From NCBI GenBank assembly GCA_963771045.1, contig CAVYRW010000004.1:1728001-1792000 (forward strand): 64,000 nt of DNA, read 5' to 3'. The translations under genes and the position numbers were made by a program. Shown here piece after piece: positions 40,721 to 50,112 of the stretch; the stretch's first letter is position 1, and each line of letters begins with the position of its first letter. The notes beneath the pieces are model-generated. The model was not told the DNA's origin. It was given only the letters and a program-made list of their open reading frames with translations, and did no database searches. The DNA is from Waddliaceae bacterium. Its GTDB lineage: Bacteria > Chlamydiota > Chlamydiia > Chlamydiales > SLFE01.

Positions 40721-41101
40721 ATGTATTTAACAAAATCAGAAGCTAATAAAGTATATCAAGAAGCAATAATTTTTGATAATAAAATCGGAAATATAAAACT
40801 TTTAAATCAAAAAGAAAGAAAGCTTATTATAAACGCTATCAATATAAGTATTCTTGAAGAAAACCAACCAGAGAACCAAAGAGTGATCTGGAGTGATGAA
40901 ACACGAGAATTACTTAACAATATACTAGATAAAGCCAAAGATGAACCAAAATCGAAACACTCCAACTTGTTTGTTTCCTTCTTCAAAGGTTTTGCCAATT
41001 TATTTTTAGGCCGCATAAGCTCTCAAAAAGTCCACAATAAAATTAAACTGTTGACTCCGCCACAATTTCAAGAGAATGGTTTATACAAACCTAAAAATTA
41101 A
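40721..41101 (+). CDS. Small basic AT-rich protein, paralog 3
   Basis: IKLLNQKERKLII, EPKSKHSNL..FFKGFANLFLGRISS; GAGG RBS before ATG 40721. Confidence 0.75.
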   Translation: MYLTKSEANKVYQEAIIFDNKIGNIKLLNQKERKLIINAINISILEENQPENQRVIWSDETRELLNNILDKAKDEPKSKHSNLFVSFFKGFANLFLGRISSQKVHNKIKLLTPPQFQENGLYKPKN

Positions 41102-41409
41102 GTAAATTCGCACACTCTTACAGCAATTCCCGCTGGAAATTCTGACTCAAGCTTCATGGAAAAAGAATGCGATTCAAGCGTTTCCTCTAGGGGAGCGATA
41201 AAAGAGTCAGTGGTTAAAAATAGTTCAAGATCGGTTAAATTAGAGACCGATTCTACGAAAGAGGCTGTTTTAACTAATTCTGTTTCAGCGATTTCAGCTC
41301 CAGCGGGAATTGCTGACACTCTTAGGCGTTTAAATAAAGGGTTCTGGCAAACAGAACCTTTTTTCTCCAAAGTTTGAAGTTTTCTCGTCGGTCTGCTACA
41401 ATTCTTCCT

Positions 41410-42993
41410 ATGAATATCACACTTCAGGGCATATCTAAAGTTTTCGGCAGCCGCGTTCTTTTCGACGGCGTCAACATGACGTTCAACGCAGGAGGCCGCT
41501 ACGGACTGACCGGCCCCAACGGCGCTGGAAAGTCAACTCTTCTTAAAATCATCATGAATGAGGAATCCCCTTCCAGCGGAACAGTGAGCCTTCCCGACAG
41601 AGTCGGCATGCTCCGGCAAAATATCGAAGACTATCGCGAATTCGATGTCATCGACGCAGTTGTTATGGGAAACAAGAGACTTTGGGACGCCATGCAAGAG
41701 CGCGACCGCCTCTATGAAGAGGAGATGACCGACGAGCTCGGCATGCGCCTTGGCGACCTGGAAGGGATCATCGTCGAGGAAAACGGCTATACCGCCGAAG
41801 CCGACGCCGAAGTCCTCCTTCAGGGGATGGGCATCCCCGACGAACACATCATTTCCAAAATGCGGGAAATCCCCACTGACACACAGTTTAAAGTATTGCT
41901 CTGCCAGGCCCTTTTCGGCGAGCCGCAAGCCCTATTGCTCGACGAGCCCACCAACCACCTCGACCTCGACTCCATCCGGTGGCTTGAAGACTTTCTGCAC
42001 AATTATCCAGGCATGCTCATCGTGATCAGCCACGACCGCCACTTCCTCAACGCCGTCACCACCCATATCGCCGACATCGACTACGACACCATCTTCGACT
42101 ACCCGGGAAACTATGACGACATGATCATGCAGAAATCCGCAATTAGAGAGCAGGCTGTCAGAGAAGCTAAATCCAAAGAAAAAAAGGTGGCCCAGCTTCG
42201 GGAATTCATCGCGAAATTCGGCGCGGGAACAAGAGCGAGCCAAGTGCAGTCCCGAAAAAAAGAAATGGAGAAGCTTCAGCCGCAGGAGCTCAAAAAATCC
42301 AATATCGAGCGCCCTTACATCCGCTTTATCCCCTCGGAAAAGGCTCCCGGCAAACTCGTCCTTAAAGTTGAAAGCGTCTGCAAGAGCTACGATGGAGAAA
42401 AAGTCATCGAAAAAACATCATTCGAGGTGCATCGAGATGATAAGATCGGCATTATCGGAGCTAACGGCCTCGGAAAATCCACGCTGGTGAAAATGCTCTC
42501 GGGCTGGTTGAAGCCAAACAGCGGAAACGTCGAGATCGGCCACAACGCTAAGATCGCCTATTTTCCTCAAAACCACAAAGACGTCATCGATAAAAACACC
42601 GACATGTCCGCTTTCGACTGGCTCAAGAGCAGGCAGAAAAATGTCTACGACCAGGATGTCCGCTCAGTGATGGGAAAACTTCTTTTCGGCGGCGACGACG
42701 CCTTCAAAAAAGTCAAAACCCTCTCTGGAGGCGAGACCGCCAGGCTGCTGCTTGCCGAGATGATGCTGCAGGACCACAATGTCCTCATACTCGACGAACC
42801 CAATAACCACCTCGACCTGGAAGCTGTGTCCGCGCTGGCCTGGGGACTCGATGAGTACAAAGGGACTGTCATTGTCGTCAGCCACGACCGCGACCTGATC
42901 GAAAACGTCGCCAAAAAGCTGCTCATCTTCACAAAAGAGGGCATCGAGTTGTTCAGCGGCTCCTACTCTAAGTATTTAGAAAGAAAAAGTTAA
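41410..42993 (+). CDS. ABC-F family ATPase (YbiT-like)
   Basis: Two ABC domains (GPNGAGKST, LLDEPTNHLD; GANGLGKST, LSGGE, ILDEPNNHLD), no TM. Confidence 0.95.
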   Translation: MNITLQGISKVFGSRVLFDGVNMTFNAGGRYGLTGPNGAGKSTLLKIIMNEESPSSGTVSLPDRVGMLRQNIEDYREFDVIDAVVMGNKRLWDAMQERDRLYEEEMTDELGMRLGDLEGIIVEENGYTAEADAEVLLQGMGIPDEHIISKMREIPTDTQFKVLLCQALFGEPQALLLDEPTNHLDLDSIRWLEDFLHNYPGMLIVISHDRHFLNAVTTHIADIDYDTIFDYPGNYDDMIMQKSAIREQAVREAKSKEKKVAQLREFIAKFGAGTRASQVQSRKKEMEKLQPQELKKSNIERPYIRFIPSEKAPGKLVLKVESVCKSYDGEKVIEKTSFEVHRDDKIGIIGANGLGKSTLVKMLSGWLKPNSGNVEIGHNAKIAYFPQNHKDVIDKNTDMSAFDWLKSRQKNVYDQDVRSVMGKLLFGGDDAFKKVKTLSGGETARLLLAEMMLQDHNVLILDEPNNHLDLEAVSALAWGLDEYKGTVIVVSHDRDLIENVAKKLLIFTKEGIELFSGSYSKYLERKS

Positions 42994-43079
42994 GCATTCG
43001 ATGATCTATGTTTCAAGAGAACGCAGCAGACCGCAAGCCCCCGCAAGTTATCTAGAAACATAGTTCATTGAATGCTTAC
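42990..43079. repeat. Miniature inverted-repeat element, copy B (IS66-like ends, imperfect 8-bp TSD)
   Basis: About 32-bp IR with 4 mismatches; right end reads GTAAGCATTCA; flanks AGAAAAAG / AGAAAAAC. Confidence 0.7.
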
Positions 43080-43100
43080 AGAAAAACCAAAGTGTGAGTT

Positions 43101-43847
43101 TTGGAAGAATTCACGAAAAAAAAGTTTCTTTCTCTTGCTCCTGAAAGGCGGCATAAAAAATGCGCCCTTTTGCTGAAACAGATCTACGACCGGCTCCTGC
43201 AAAACAACGACCCAGAGCCCCTGTGGCGCAAATACCGGGAATGGATGCTGTGGATGAAAGAGGGAACCGGCCCCTGCATCATCAAATCAATTGCCGATTC
43301 CTATCACCGCCATATCAAGCTCTCAGGCCAATACCTAAAAGAGCACAACTTCCTGCCGCGCATTGAAACAGAAGATAAAGTTCAGGCTCACCCTCCCTTA
43401 AACATTGCCGTTGTCCTCGACAATATCCGTTCAGCCCACAATGTCGGAAGCATGATCCGCACCGCTGAAGCTCTTGCGCTCGGAGAGCTCTATTTCAAAG
43501 GCATGACCCCTCTTCCCTCAAACAAGCAAGTTCGGGACACATCCATGGGAACGCATGAGTGGATCCCATGCCACTCCTTTCAGGATTTTGCAAAACTCCT
43601 CTCTCCTGTCATCGCCTTGGAAACCAGTCCCGACGCCCTTTCCCTCTCTGAATTTATTTTTCCCGAGTCTTTTACCCTGGTTGTCGGAAATGAGGAATAT
43701 GGCTGTTCGGACGAGACGCTTCAGGCGGCCGATATACTCCTCTCCATTCCCCTATACGGCCGCAAAAACTCCCTCAATGCCGCCAACGCCTTCGCTATAG
43801 CCGCCAATCAAATCCGCTGCCAAAGTTTCCTTGCAAACATTCGGTGA
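43101..43847 (+). CDS. TrmH/SpoU family RNA methyltransferase
   Basis: VLDNIRSAHNVGSMIRT, VVGNEEYG, IPLYGRKNSLNAANA. Confidence 0.92.
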   Translation: MEEFTKKKFLSLAPERRHKKCALLLKQIYDRLLQNNDPEPLWRKYREWMLWMKEGTGPCIIKSIADSYHRHIKLSGQYLKEHNFLPRIETEDKVQAHPPLNIAVVLDNIRSAHNVGSMIRTAEALALGELYFKGMTPLPSNKQVRDTSMGTHEWIPCHSFQDFAKLLSPVIALETSPDALSLSEFIFPESFTLVVGNEEYGCSDETLQAADILLSIPLYGRKNSLNAANAFAIAANQIRCQSFLANIR

Positions 43848-43968
43848 ACCTACGTCCTTTGAGGACGCAGCTAATGGCAAAAAATGCAAAACGCTTAGAT
43901 AGCAGGCAACCCCACCAGGGGCTGCTGAAGCAGGCGGGCGCAGCGGACGTTATCCGAGGACTTAAGAC
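43833..43968. repeat. Longer, degenerate copy C of the miniature element, right end truncated
   Basis: CATTCGGTGAACCTACGT..GAGGACGCAGC resembles the left arm of copy B; GTTATCCGAGGACTTAAG resembles its right arm. Confidence 0.45.
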
Positions 43969-43972
43969 CCTT

Positions 43973-44527
43973 GAGGAGCTTAGAATTGGCAAACCCGAGA
44001 TTCCTTTCGATGTACGACCGATAATTCTCTGGAAGGGCGTCTCTTTCTTAACAGGTCCCTGCAGATTTGCTGGCATTCTTCATACTTTCCAATCCAATAA
44101 GCACAAATGGAAAGCTCCAAAGCCAAACCGTAATCATATGGCCATTGCTGCAAATCAAGCGCTCTTAGGGTTGTATTCTCTTTCAGCGCTTCGGCAAGTT
44201 CTTTTGCCTCGTCAGCGCCGATACTACATTTTGATAAATTGAGAAATCTTAGATTTGTTAACTTTAGAAGCTTTTCTACTTGTTGAGCTGAAAGTTGAGT
44301 ATTAGACAAGTTAATTGTTACGAGATTTGGAAATTTGCTGACCAACTTATCTAAAAGTTCATCTGTCATTTGTAAATTTGAAAGATCGAGTTCAGTAATC
44401 AACCGAGTTGTTGGGGAGGTTCCAGCACGTGAATCGTTAGCAGCGCTGCTTGGCTAGCGTACCTAGCAAATGTATAGATTTGTATAGGTTTTTAGGAGCG
44501 GTACTAGATCAGTATCGAATCGATCAT
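43973..44527 (-). pseudogene. Chimeric remnant: RNI-like LRR fragment fused to a duplicated GT2-TPR C-terminus
   Basis: ITELDLS..FPNLVTINLS..IGADEAKELAEALKENTTLRALDL then QQWPYDYGLALELSICAYWIG; 43973-44153 is a diverged direct repeat of 44652-44831. Confidence 0.75.
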
Positions 44528-44630
44528 TATGAACTCCTTTAGCTCTGGAACCATACAGGAATATCTTTTCGACAAAAAGAAGGTTAATGAGTTCTCTAAA
44601 AAAATAATATTTTTCAACCTCTTCCATATA

Positions 44631-45797
44631 CTACTGCTGGCAAATGCCTTCGAGGAGTTTGGAATTGGCAAATCCGAGATTTCTTTCGATGCACGACCGA
44701 TAATTCGCAGGAAGATCGTCTCTTTTTAACAGGTCCCTGCAAATTTGCTGGCATTCCTCATACTTTCCGATCCAATAAGCGCAAATGGAAAGCTCCAAAG
44801 CCAAACCGTAATCATATTGCCATTGCTGCAAGAATAAAAGGTCGCTTGACTGGGGAACGGACATGCCCAGTTTGGCGACCCTGTAACCGGCTTCATAATT
44901 TTCTTTGCTTCGGTAGTAGCAGGCCAGTTGATAGAGAGGCTCCAAGCGAGATGGGCGGTACTTGAAAGCCTTCATATAGCTTTCGACAATTTTTTCTTCC
45001 GGCGAGCCAAGGATTTCATGAAGATTGCCTACCTTGTAAAGAGACCAGAACACCTCCTGATCAAATCCCCCCATTTCCGCCCGCTTCTCATAATTTTCCA
45101 GGGCCTTTTCAAACTCGCGGGCAGAAAGACAACTTTGGGCAAGATAAAAAGTGTAGCGGCTATCATCCGGTTTTTTCTCAAGCTCCCTTTCCAATATTTC
45201 TATATCCTTGACGAATTTTAAAGGATCTTTCGACCTGGCCCCGTCGCATGTGTATGTGTTGGTTACTTTCTGCAAGGTAGCGAAAGTCCTCGAAGGAGGG
45301 GGGCAAATCACCTCGTGCAACACCCCTTTCCATTCCCAATCAAAATGATTGTTGATCAGTTGAATCTTCCCATACTTCATCCCGCCGCAAGTAATCGTCA
45401 CATAATAATAGTCAAGATTTAACTCGGGCAGCTCAAACTCGGGCTCATAAACCAAATACTCATCAGCGTCGATAAAAAATATATAGTCACTCTTACCTCG
45501 AGCCAGCTCCAAAGCCTCATTGCGGTTGTGCTCAAAGTTGATCCAGGGCCTCTCGTGAAGCTCCCCCGGCACCCCCTTCTTTTTCATATAACTGCGTATG
45601 AGATCCTGAGTTCCGTCCGTCGATCCGGTATCGACAATGACCCAGTAGTCGATAATAGGCAAAACCGAGTCGATGCATCGGCAGATGACATCGGTCTCAT
45701 CTTTGACAATCATGTTGAGACAGATTGTCTTGTGGTCCTCCGCTTGCAGTGTGAAAGCGGCGATGACAAGAAGAAAGACTCTGATAAATGATTTCAT
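44631..45797 (-). CDS. GT2 glycosyltransferase + TPR with signal peptide
   Basis: ICLNMIVKDE, VDTGSTDGT, FIDADE, GVLHE; TPR-like C-terminal half; MKSFIRVFLLVIAAFTLQA. Confidence 0.9.
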   Translation of the reverse strand: MKSFIRVFLLVIAAFTLQAEDHKTICLNMIVKDETDVICRCIDSVLPIIDYWVIVDTGSTDGTQDLIRSYMKKKGVPGELHERPWINFEHNRNEALELARGKSDYIFFIDADEYLVYEPEFELPELNLDYYYVTITCGGMKYGKIQLINNHFDWEWKGVLHEVICPPPSRTFATLQKVTNTYTCDGARSKDPLKFVKDIEILERELEKKPDDSRYTFYLAQSCLSAREFEKALENYEKRAEMGGFDQEVFWSLYKVGNLHEILGSPEEKIVESYMKAFKYRPSRLEPLYQLACYYRSKENYEAGYRVAKLGMSVPQSSDLLFLQQWQYDYGLALELSICAYWIGKYEECQQICRDLLKRDDLPANYRSCIERNLGFANSKLLEGICQQ

Positions 45798-45867
45798 AAC
45801 TATAAAAAAATTGGAAAGTTAACTTTAGCTCATGCTAAAGTTATCTTCGGCTATTTTCAAGGTTTTT

Positions 45868-46986
45868 ATGAAATCTTTTTGCATTTTTTTACTCGCTCTT
45901 TTCATCGTTTCCTCCAACTATGCCGGAGAGAGAAAATCGATCCTCATTTCAACATTCACTGTTCAGGGCGTCAAACCGTGGGACCCAGACAGCGTCAAGC
46001 AAGGAATTACAGGCTCAGAAGAGGCGGTCATCTACATGTCGCAAAAACTAGCCAGCATCGGCTACAGGGTCATTGTTCTGGGAAATCCCCCGCAAAGTTC
46101 GCCGCATTCGGCTTCCGGTGCCAACCCCAGATTCGTTGGGAATGTTTCCGATTTGACTCATTGCGATATCGCCATCTCATGGAGAAATCCAAGAAATGCT
46201 AAAGAACTGAGGAAATTTGCAGACAAAGTCTATTTATGGCCGCATGATTCCTGCTTTCGTCATGTGCCTGAAAAAATGATAAACGAATTCGACGATGTTC
46301 TCTGGCTGTCAAACTGGCAAAGAGAACAGTGGTCTTCGGTCAATCCCGCATTCGCCAAATTCCATAGAATTTTTGGCAACGGCATCAACCCCGAACAGTT
46401 TCACCCTGTTGGAGAGAGACGCAATCCCTACTCATGTGTCTACGGTTCAAATTACGGTTTGGGTCTGGAGACGCTTCTCGACATATGGCCCAAGATCAAG
46501 GAAAAATATCCGATGGCCACGCTTGATATCTACTACGGCTGGCAGCATTGGGGTTTCCTTTCCCCAGAAAAAGAGAGAAAAATGATGAATCAGGTGGTCG
46601 TCCTCGCTTATCTTGATGTCCGCGATCACGGGCTGGTCAGCCACGAAGAAATCAACCGCGCCTACGAAACCTCCTCATTCTGGACCTATCCGTTAAACGC
46701 GACCGAAACCTTCTGCATCACAGCCTTAAAAGCCCAGATTGGAGGCGCGGTCCCCGTCGTTATTCAAAGAGCCGCTCTAAAAGAAACCGTCAAACACGGC
46801 TACACATGCGAAAAAACCGAAGAATATCTGCCCATGCTTCTCAAAGCTATGAGCGAGGCCGAAACAATATCTGTCGAAGACAGAAAAAAAATGAGAGAAT
46901 CAATCACCGGGAATTATACCTGGGAAAAAATCGCTTTAAAATGGGATGAATTGTTCAATGATAAAAATACACATTCAGTCTGCTGA
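45868..46986 (+). CDS. GT4 (GT-B) glycosyltransferase with signal peptide
   Basis: GITGSEEAV, WPHD, LSNWQ, NGI, ETFCITALKAQ, ALKETV, YTWEKIA; MKSFCIFLLALFIVSSNYA. Confidence 0.88.
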   Translation: MKSFCIFLLALFIVSSNYAGERKSILISTFTVQGVKPWDPDSVKQGITGSEEAVIYMSQKLASIGYRVIVLGNPPQSSPHSASGANPRFVGNVSDLTHCDIAISWRNPRNAKELRKFADKVYLWPHDSCFRHVPEKMINEFDDVLWLSNWQREQWSSVNPAFAKFHRIFGNGINPEQFHPVGERRNPYSCVYGSNYGLGLETLLDIWPKIKEKYPMATLDIYYGWQHWGFLSPEKERKMMNQVVVLAYLDVRDHGLVSHEEINRAYETSSFWTYPLNATETFCITALKAQIGGAVPVVIQRAALKETVKHGYTCEKTEEYLPMLLKAMSEAETISVEDRKKMRESITGNYTWEKIALKWDELFNDKNTHSVC

Positions 46987-46997
46987 CGTTTTGCACC

Positions 46998-49643
46998 GTG
47001 ATTGCCCTGGCGGCGTTTGCGCTCAATAAAACATCGCCCAAGGAGGCAAAACCCCGCCTGTCGATCATTACATCCGTATTTAACGGAGATCGGCATATTC
47101 GAGGCTTTCTTGAAAATATCACCAGCGTCAATCACTTTGAAGACTACGAACTTCTCCTCATCCACCCTCCCGGTCCCGGCCATGAAGAAACCATTATCAA
47201 GGAATACCTCCCCCGCTTTGCCAATATCCACTACATCAAAATTGACAGCGACCCGGGAGTTTACGGCGTCTGGAACCTGGGAGCCAAAATGGCAAAAGCC
47301 GATTTTCTCACAAACGCCAACGTCGACGATAGAAAACATCCGGAAATGTTAGACCGGCACCTCCGGCATCTTGAAGAAAACCCCGATATTGACCTGGTGT
47401 ACTCCGACTTCATTATGACCCGTATTCCGAACTCCGATTTCGCCGCCAACAAAAGCACAAAAGTCATCCGTTACGATGATTATTCTCCGGAAAAAATGTG
47501 TTTATGCCTGCCGGGGCCGGGGCCGCTCTGGCGGAAAGATGTCCACAGCCGCTTCGGCTGCTTTCGTGATGATTTCATAGCAGCGGGAGATTTTGAAATG
47601 TGGAACCGCATGGCAGCCGGCGGAGCCAAAATGAAAAAACTGCCTGGGGTCGGCGTACTTTTCTACGAGAATCGCTTGGGACTGATCTACAACCCTTCTC
47701 CCGAAAAAACAGCCCAAAGAGAATGGGAAAATAATTATGTCAAACATGCCTATTCGTATCTTTGGAATCAAATTCCCGAAGAGAAGCCCCTTCTTCTCGT
47801 CCTTATGCCCACAAGGTCGCGTCCCGAGCTTTTTTTTAAACAGCTCGACAACTACTATTACAACCTCTCCGGAGAAACTCGCTACCGCTTTCTTATCAAC
47901 TGCGACGAAGACGATGAAACCATGAATAATCCCGAGGTGCGAGAGCGGCTCGGCACCTACCCCAATCTCATCTATTCGTTTCAACCCGGCAGCACAAAAA
48001 TCGACGCCTATAACAGAAACATCTTTTCCACTTCCTATGATGTTCTTCTTGCCGCAAGCGAAGATCTCGAACCTCAGGTGTGGGGCTACGACAAAAAAAT
48101 CTTGGGCCAAATGAAAGCACATTTTCCGGGCTATGACGGCGTTCTCAACTACCATGACGGCTATGTCGGCGAAAGGTGCAATATCTATCCCATTGCAGGC
48201 CGCAAATTTATTGAACGTCTGGGACACTTTTACCACCCCGAATACACCTCCCTTTATGCTAACGAAGAGCTCACAGTGATCTCCCGAATTTTAGCCAAGG
48301 AAAAAATCATCAACGAAGTGCTGCTCAAACACCGCCATCCCGCCCATGGTGAAAGGCCCTGGGATGCTCTGGATAGACGAAATGAAGGGTTTAAAGAACA
48401 AGATAAGCAGGTATTTTTAAAACACAAAGAAAACCGATTTGATTTAGACGGCAAAGATTTTTTTGAAAAGGACTGGAGCATCCTGATCTGCACACTCGAT
48501 GAACGGAAGCAGATTTTTGAAAACCTCTATAACGAGCTGCTCGATCAAATAAGAAAAGCCGGGCTAAGTGATAAGATCGAAGTGCTTTATTATAGGGATA
48601 ATCGAGAAAAATCTATCGGATTTAAACGAAATGCGCTCATGAGACACGCTCGTGGAAAATATGCCTGCTTTATCGACGACGACGATGAAGTACATCCCGA
48701 ATACATCAAAATGATTCATGGAAAAATGCAATCCGATCCGGACTGCATCAGTCTGAAAGGCATACTGAACAATCCCAAAGGACAAACTTATGTATTCGAA
48801 CACTCGTTAGCTCACGGCACCCAATACGCATTTAAAAACGGTCGATATATCCGCCCTCCCAACCATCTCAATCCTATGAAAAAAGTTGTCGCCGCTCAAT
48901 TTTTATTTCCTGAAATTAACTTAGAAGAGGATAAGTTATGGGCAATGGATATCGCCCGTTCCGGAATTTTAAAGACCGAAGAAACCATCGAAGATCCCTA
49001 TTATTTTTACACCCCGTCCGAGTATGCCGCAAATATCAGTCTCGAAAAAAAAGAAAGAGACCTCCTGATAACCTGCTGCGCAAGGAGTGGAGCTGCATTT
49101 ATGACACAATTTCTCAAAAAAAATAAAATGGATGTGGGCCATGAGAACGACGGAAAAGACGGCGTTGTCTCATGGCTAATGGCTGTAGACAGCAACTTAG
49201 CCCCCTGGTGCTTGCCATCAAATGCCTATACATTCCAGCATGTATTGCATCAAGTGAGGCACCCGCTCAAGACCATCGCTTCCGCAGGAAATGAACCCGA
49301 CCGTTCATGGCTTTTTATTCAACGCTTTGTTCCGGAGATAAACCTGGAAGATCCCAAGATAGTCAAAGGAGCCAAGTATTGGTATTACTGGAACCTCCTT
49401 GCAGAAAAAAAGTCGGAGTTTACCTACCGCGTGGAAGATTTGGACAGCGCCGTTGATGAAATTAACAGCCGCCTAGGACTTAACCTGAATAAAAATATCC
49501 TTAAGGAGATCCCAAAAAACGTCAATACCCGGGGTTATAAGGATATCTACACCTGGCAGGACCTCAAAGAAAATCTGGAGCCTGAACTCTACGATAATAT
49601 TGTCGAGATGGCCACGCGTTATGGCTACCTTGTCCAAGACTGA
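46998..49643 (+). CDS. Multidomain protein: three GT-A domains + C-terminal sulfotransferase-like domain
   Basis: LSIITSVF..NANVDD; MPTRSRP..CDEDD..ASEDL..YHDG; WSILICTL..FIDDDD..NHL..EED; LITCCARSG..GHE..HQVRHPL..IAS..RVEDL. Confidence 0.82.
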   Translation: MIALAAFALNKTSPKEAKPRLSIITSVFNGDRHIRGFLENITSVNHFEDYELLLIHPPGPGHEETIIKEYLPRFANIHYIKIDSDPGVYGVWNLGAKMAKADFLTNANVDDRKHPEMLDRHLRHLEENPDIDLVYSDFIMTRIPNSDFAANKSTKVIRYDDYSPEKMCLCLPGPGPLWRKDVHSRFGCFRDDFIAAGDFEMWNRMAAGGAKMKKLPGVGVLFYENRLGLIYNPSPEKTAQREWENNYVKHAYSYLWNQIPEEKPLLLVLMPTRSRPELFFKQLDNYYYNLSGETRYRFLINCDEDDETMNNPEVRERLGTYPNLIYSFQPGSTKIDAYNRNIFSTSYDVLLAASEDLEPQVWGYDKKILGQMKAHFPGYDGVLNYHDGYVGERCNIYPIAGRKFIERLGHFYHPEYTSLYANEELTVISRILAKEKIINEVLLKHRHPAHGERPWDALDRRNEGFKEQDKQVFLKHKENRFDLDGKDFFEKDWSILICTLDERKQIFENLYNELLDQIRKAGLSDKIEVLYYRDNREKSIGFKRNALMRHARGKYACFIDDDDEVHPEYIKMIHGKMQSDPDCISLKGILNNPKGQTYVFEHSLAHGTQYAFKNGRYIRPPNHLNPMKKVVAAQFLFPEINLEEDKLWAMDIARSGILKTEETIEDPYYFYTPSEYAANISLEKKERDLLITCCARSGAAFMTQFLKKNKMDVGHENDGKDGVVSWLMAVDSNLAPWCLPSNAYTFQHVLHQVRHPLKTIASAGNEPDRSWLFIQRFVPEINLEDPKIVKGAKYWYYWNLLAEKKSEFTYRVEDLDSAVDEINSRLGLNLNKNILKEIPKNVNTRGYKDIYTWQDLKENLEPELYDNIVEMATRYGYLVQD

Positions 49644-49746
49644 AATCATAGAAGTTGGATAAGGCACATCGTTCGATTAACCTGCTTGACAGTTCTATTA
49701 ATATAATGTAAAAGATTTTTTTTACTTATTTTATAGGAAAGCGACC

Positions 49747-50088
49747 ATGTCCGGTGTCACAGCCTATTATCAACGTTGGGAAAGGCATAAACGAAATGCG
49801 CAAACCCGCCCAGCCGGCTATTCCCTTCATCAATCACCAGAAAACTGCAAGAAATTTGCTCAAGAATTCTGGAGTAGGCAACCTGAAAGGGTTCCAGAAG
49901 AATATATACATGAATCCGGAGAACCTTTTAAAGTTAGTGTGAATGGCAAGCTAATGCAGAACCTCAATGCTCAACCTGCGGGTTTCCGCATCAACGATCT
50001 TCGTTCGGGAGAGTTCAAAATCCTGCCGCAGCAAAAATCCAAAAGAAGCAAATCCTGGAAGAGACTGCCGACTTATAAAAAACATTGA
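49747..50088 (+). CDS. Hypothetical protein
   Basis: AGGA RBS; 113 aa; W.R....RPAGYSLH..FW..P..VPEEY; no family named with confidence. Confidence 0.6.
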   Translation: MSGVTAYYQRWERHKRNAQTRPAGYSLHQSPENCKKFAQEFWSRQPERVPEEYIHESGEPFKVSVNGKLMQNLNAQPAGFRINDLRSGEFKILPQQKSKRSKSWKRLPTYKKH

Positions 50089-50112
50089 TTTTCAAGAGAA
50101 TTGCAAAAAAGA

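Noticed and set aside
41098..41377. Ser/Thr/Glu-rich ORFs on both strands between the triplet and the ABC-F gene
   Set aside because: No RBS or recognisable motif; possibly a gene remnant, but unsupported
47502..48236. Long antisense ORFs (e.g. 47502..48236, 8548..9177, 58009..58614)
   Set aside because: Fully nested opposite well-supported genes with no motifs of their own; typical codon-bias shadows
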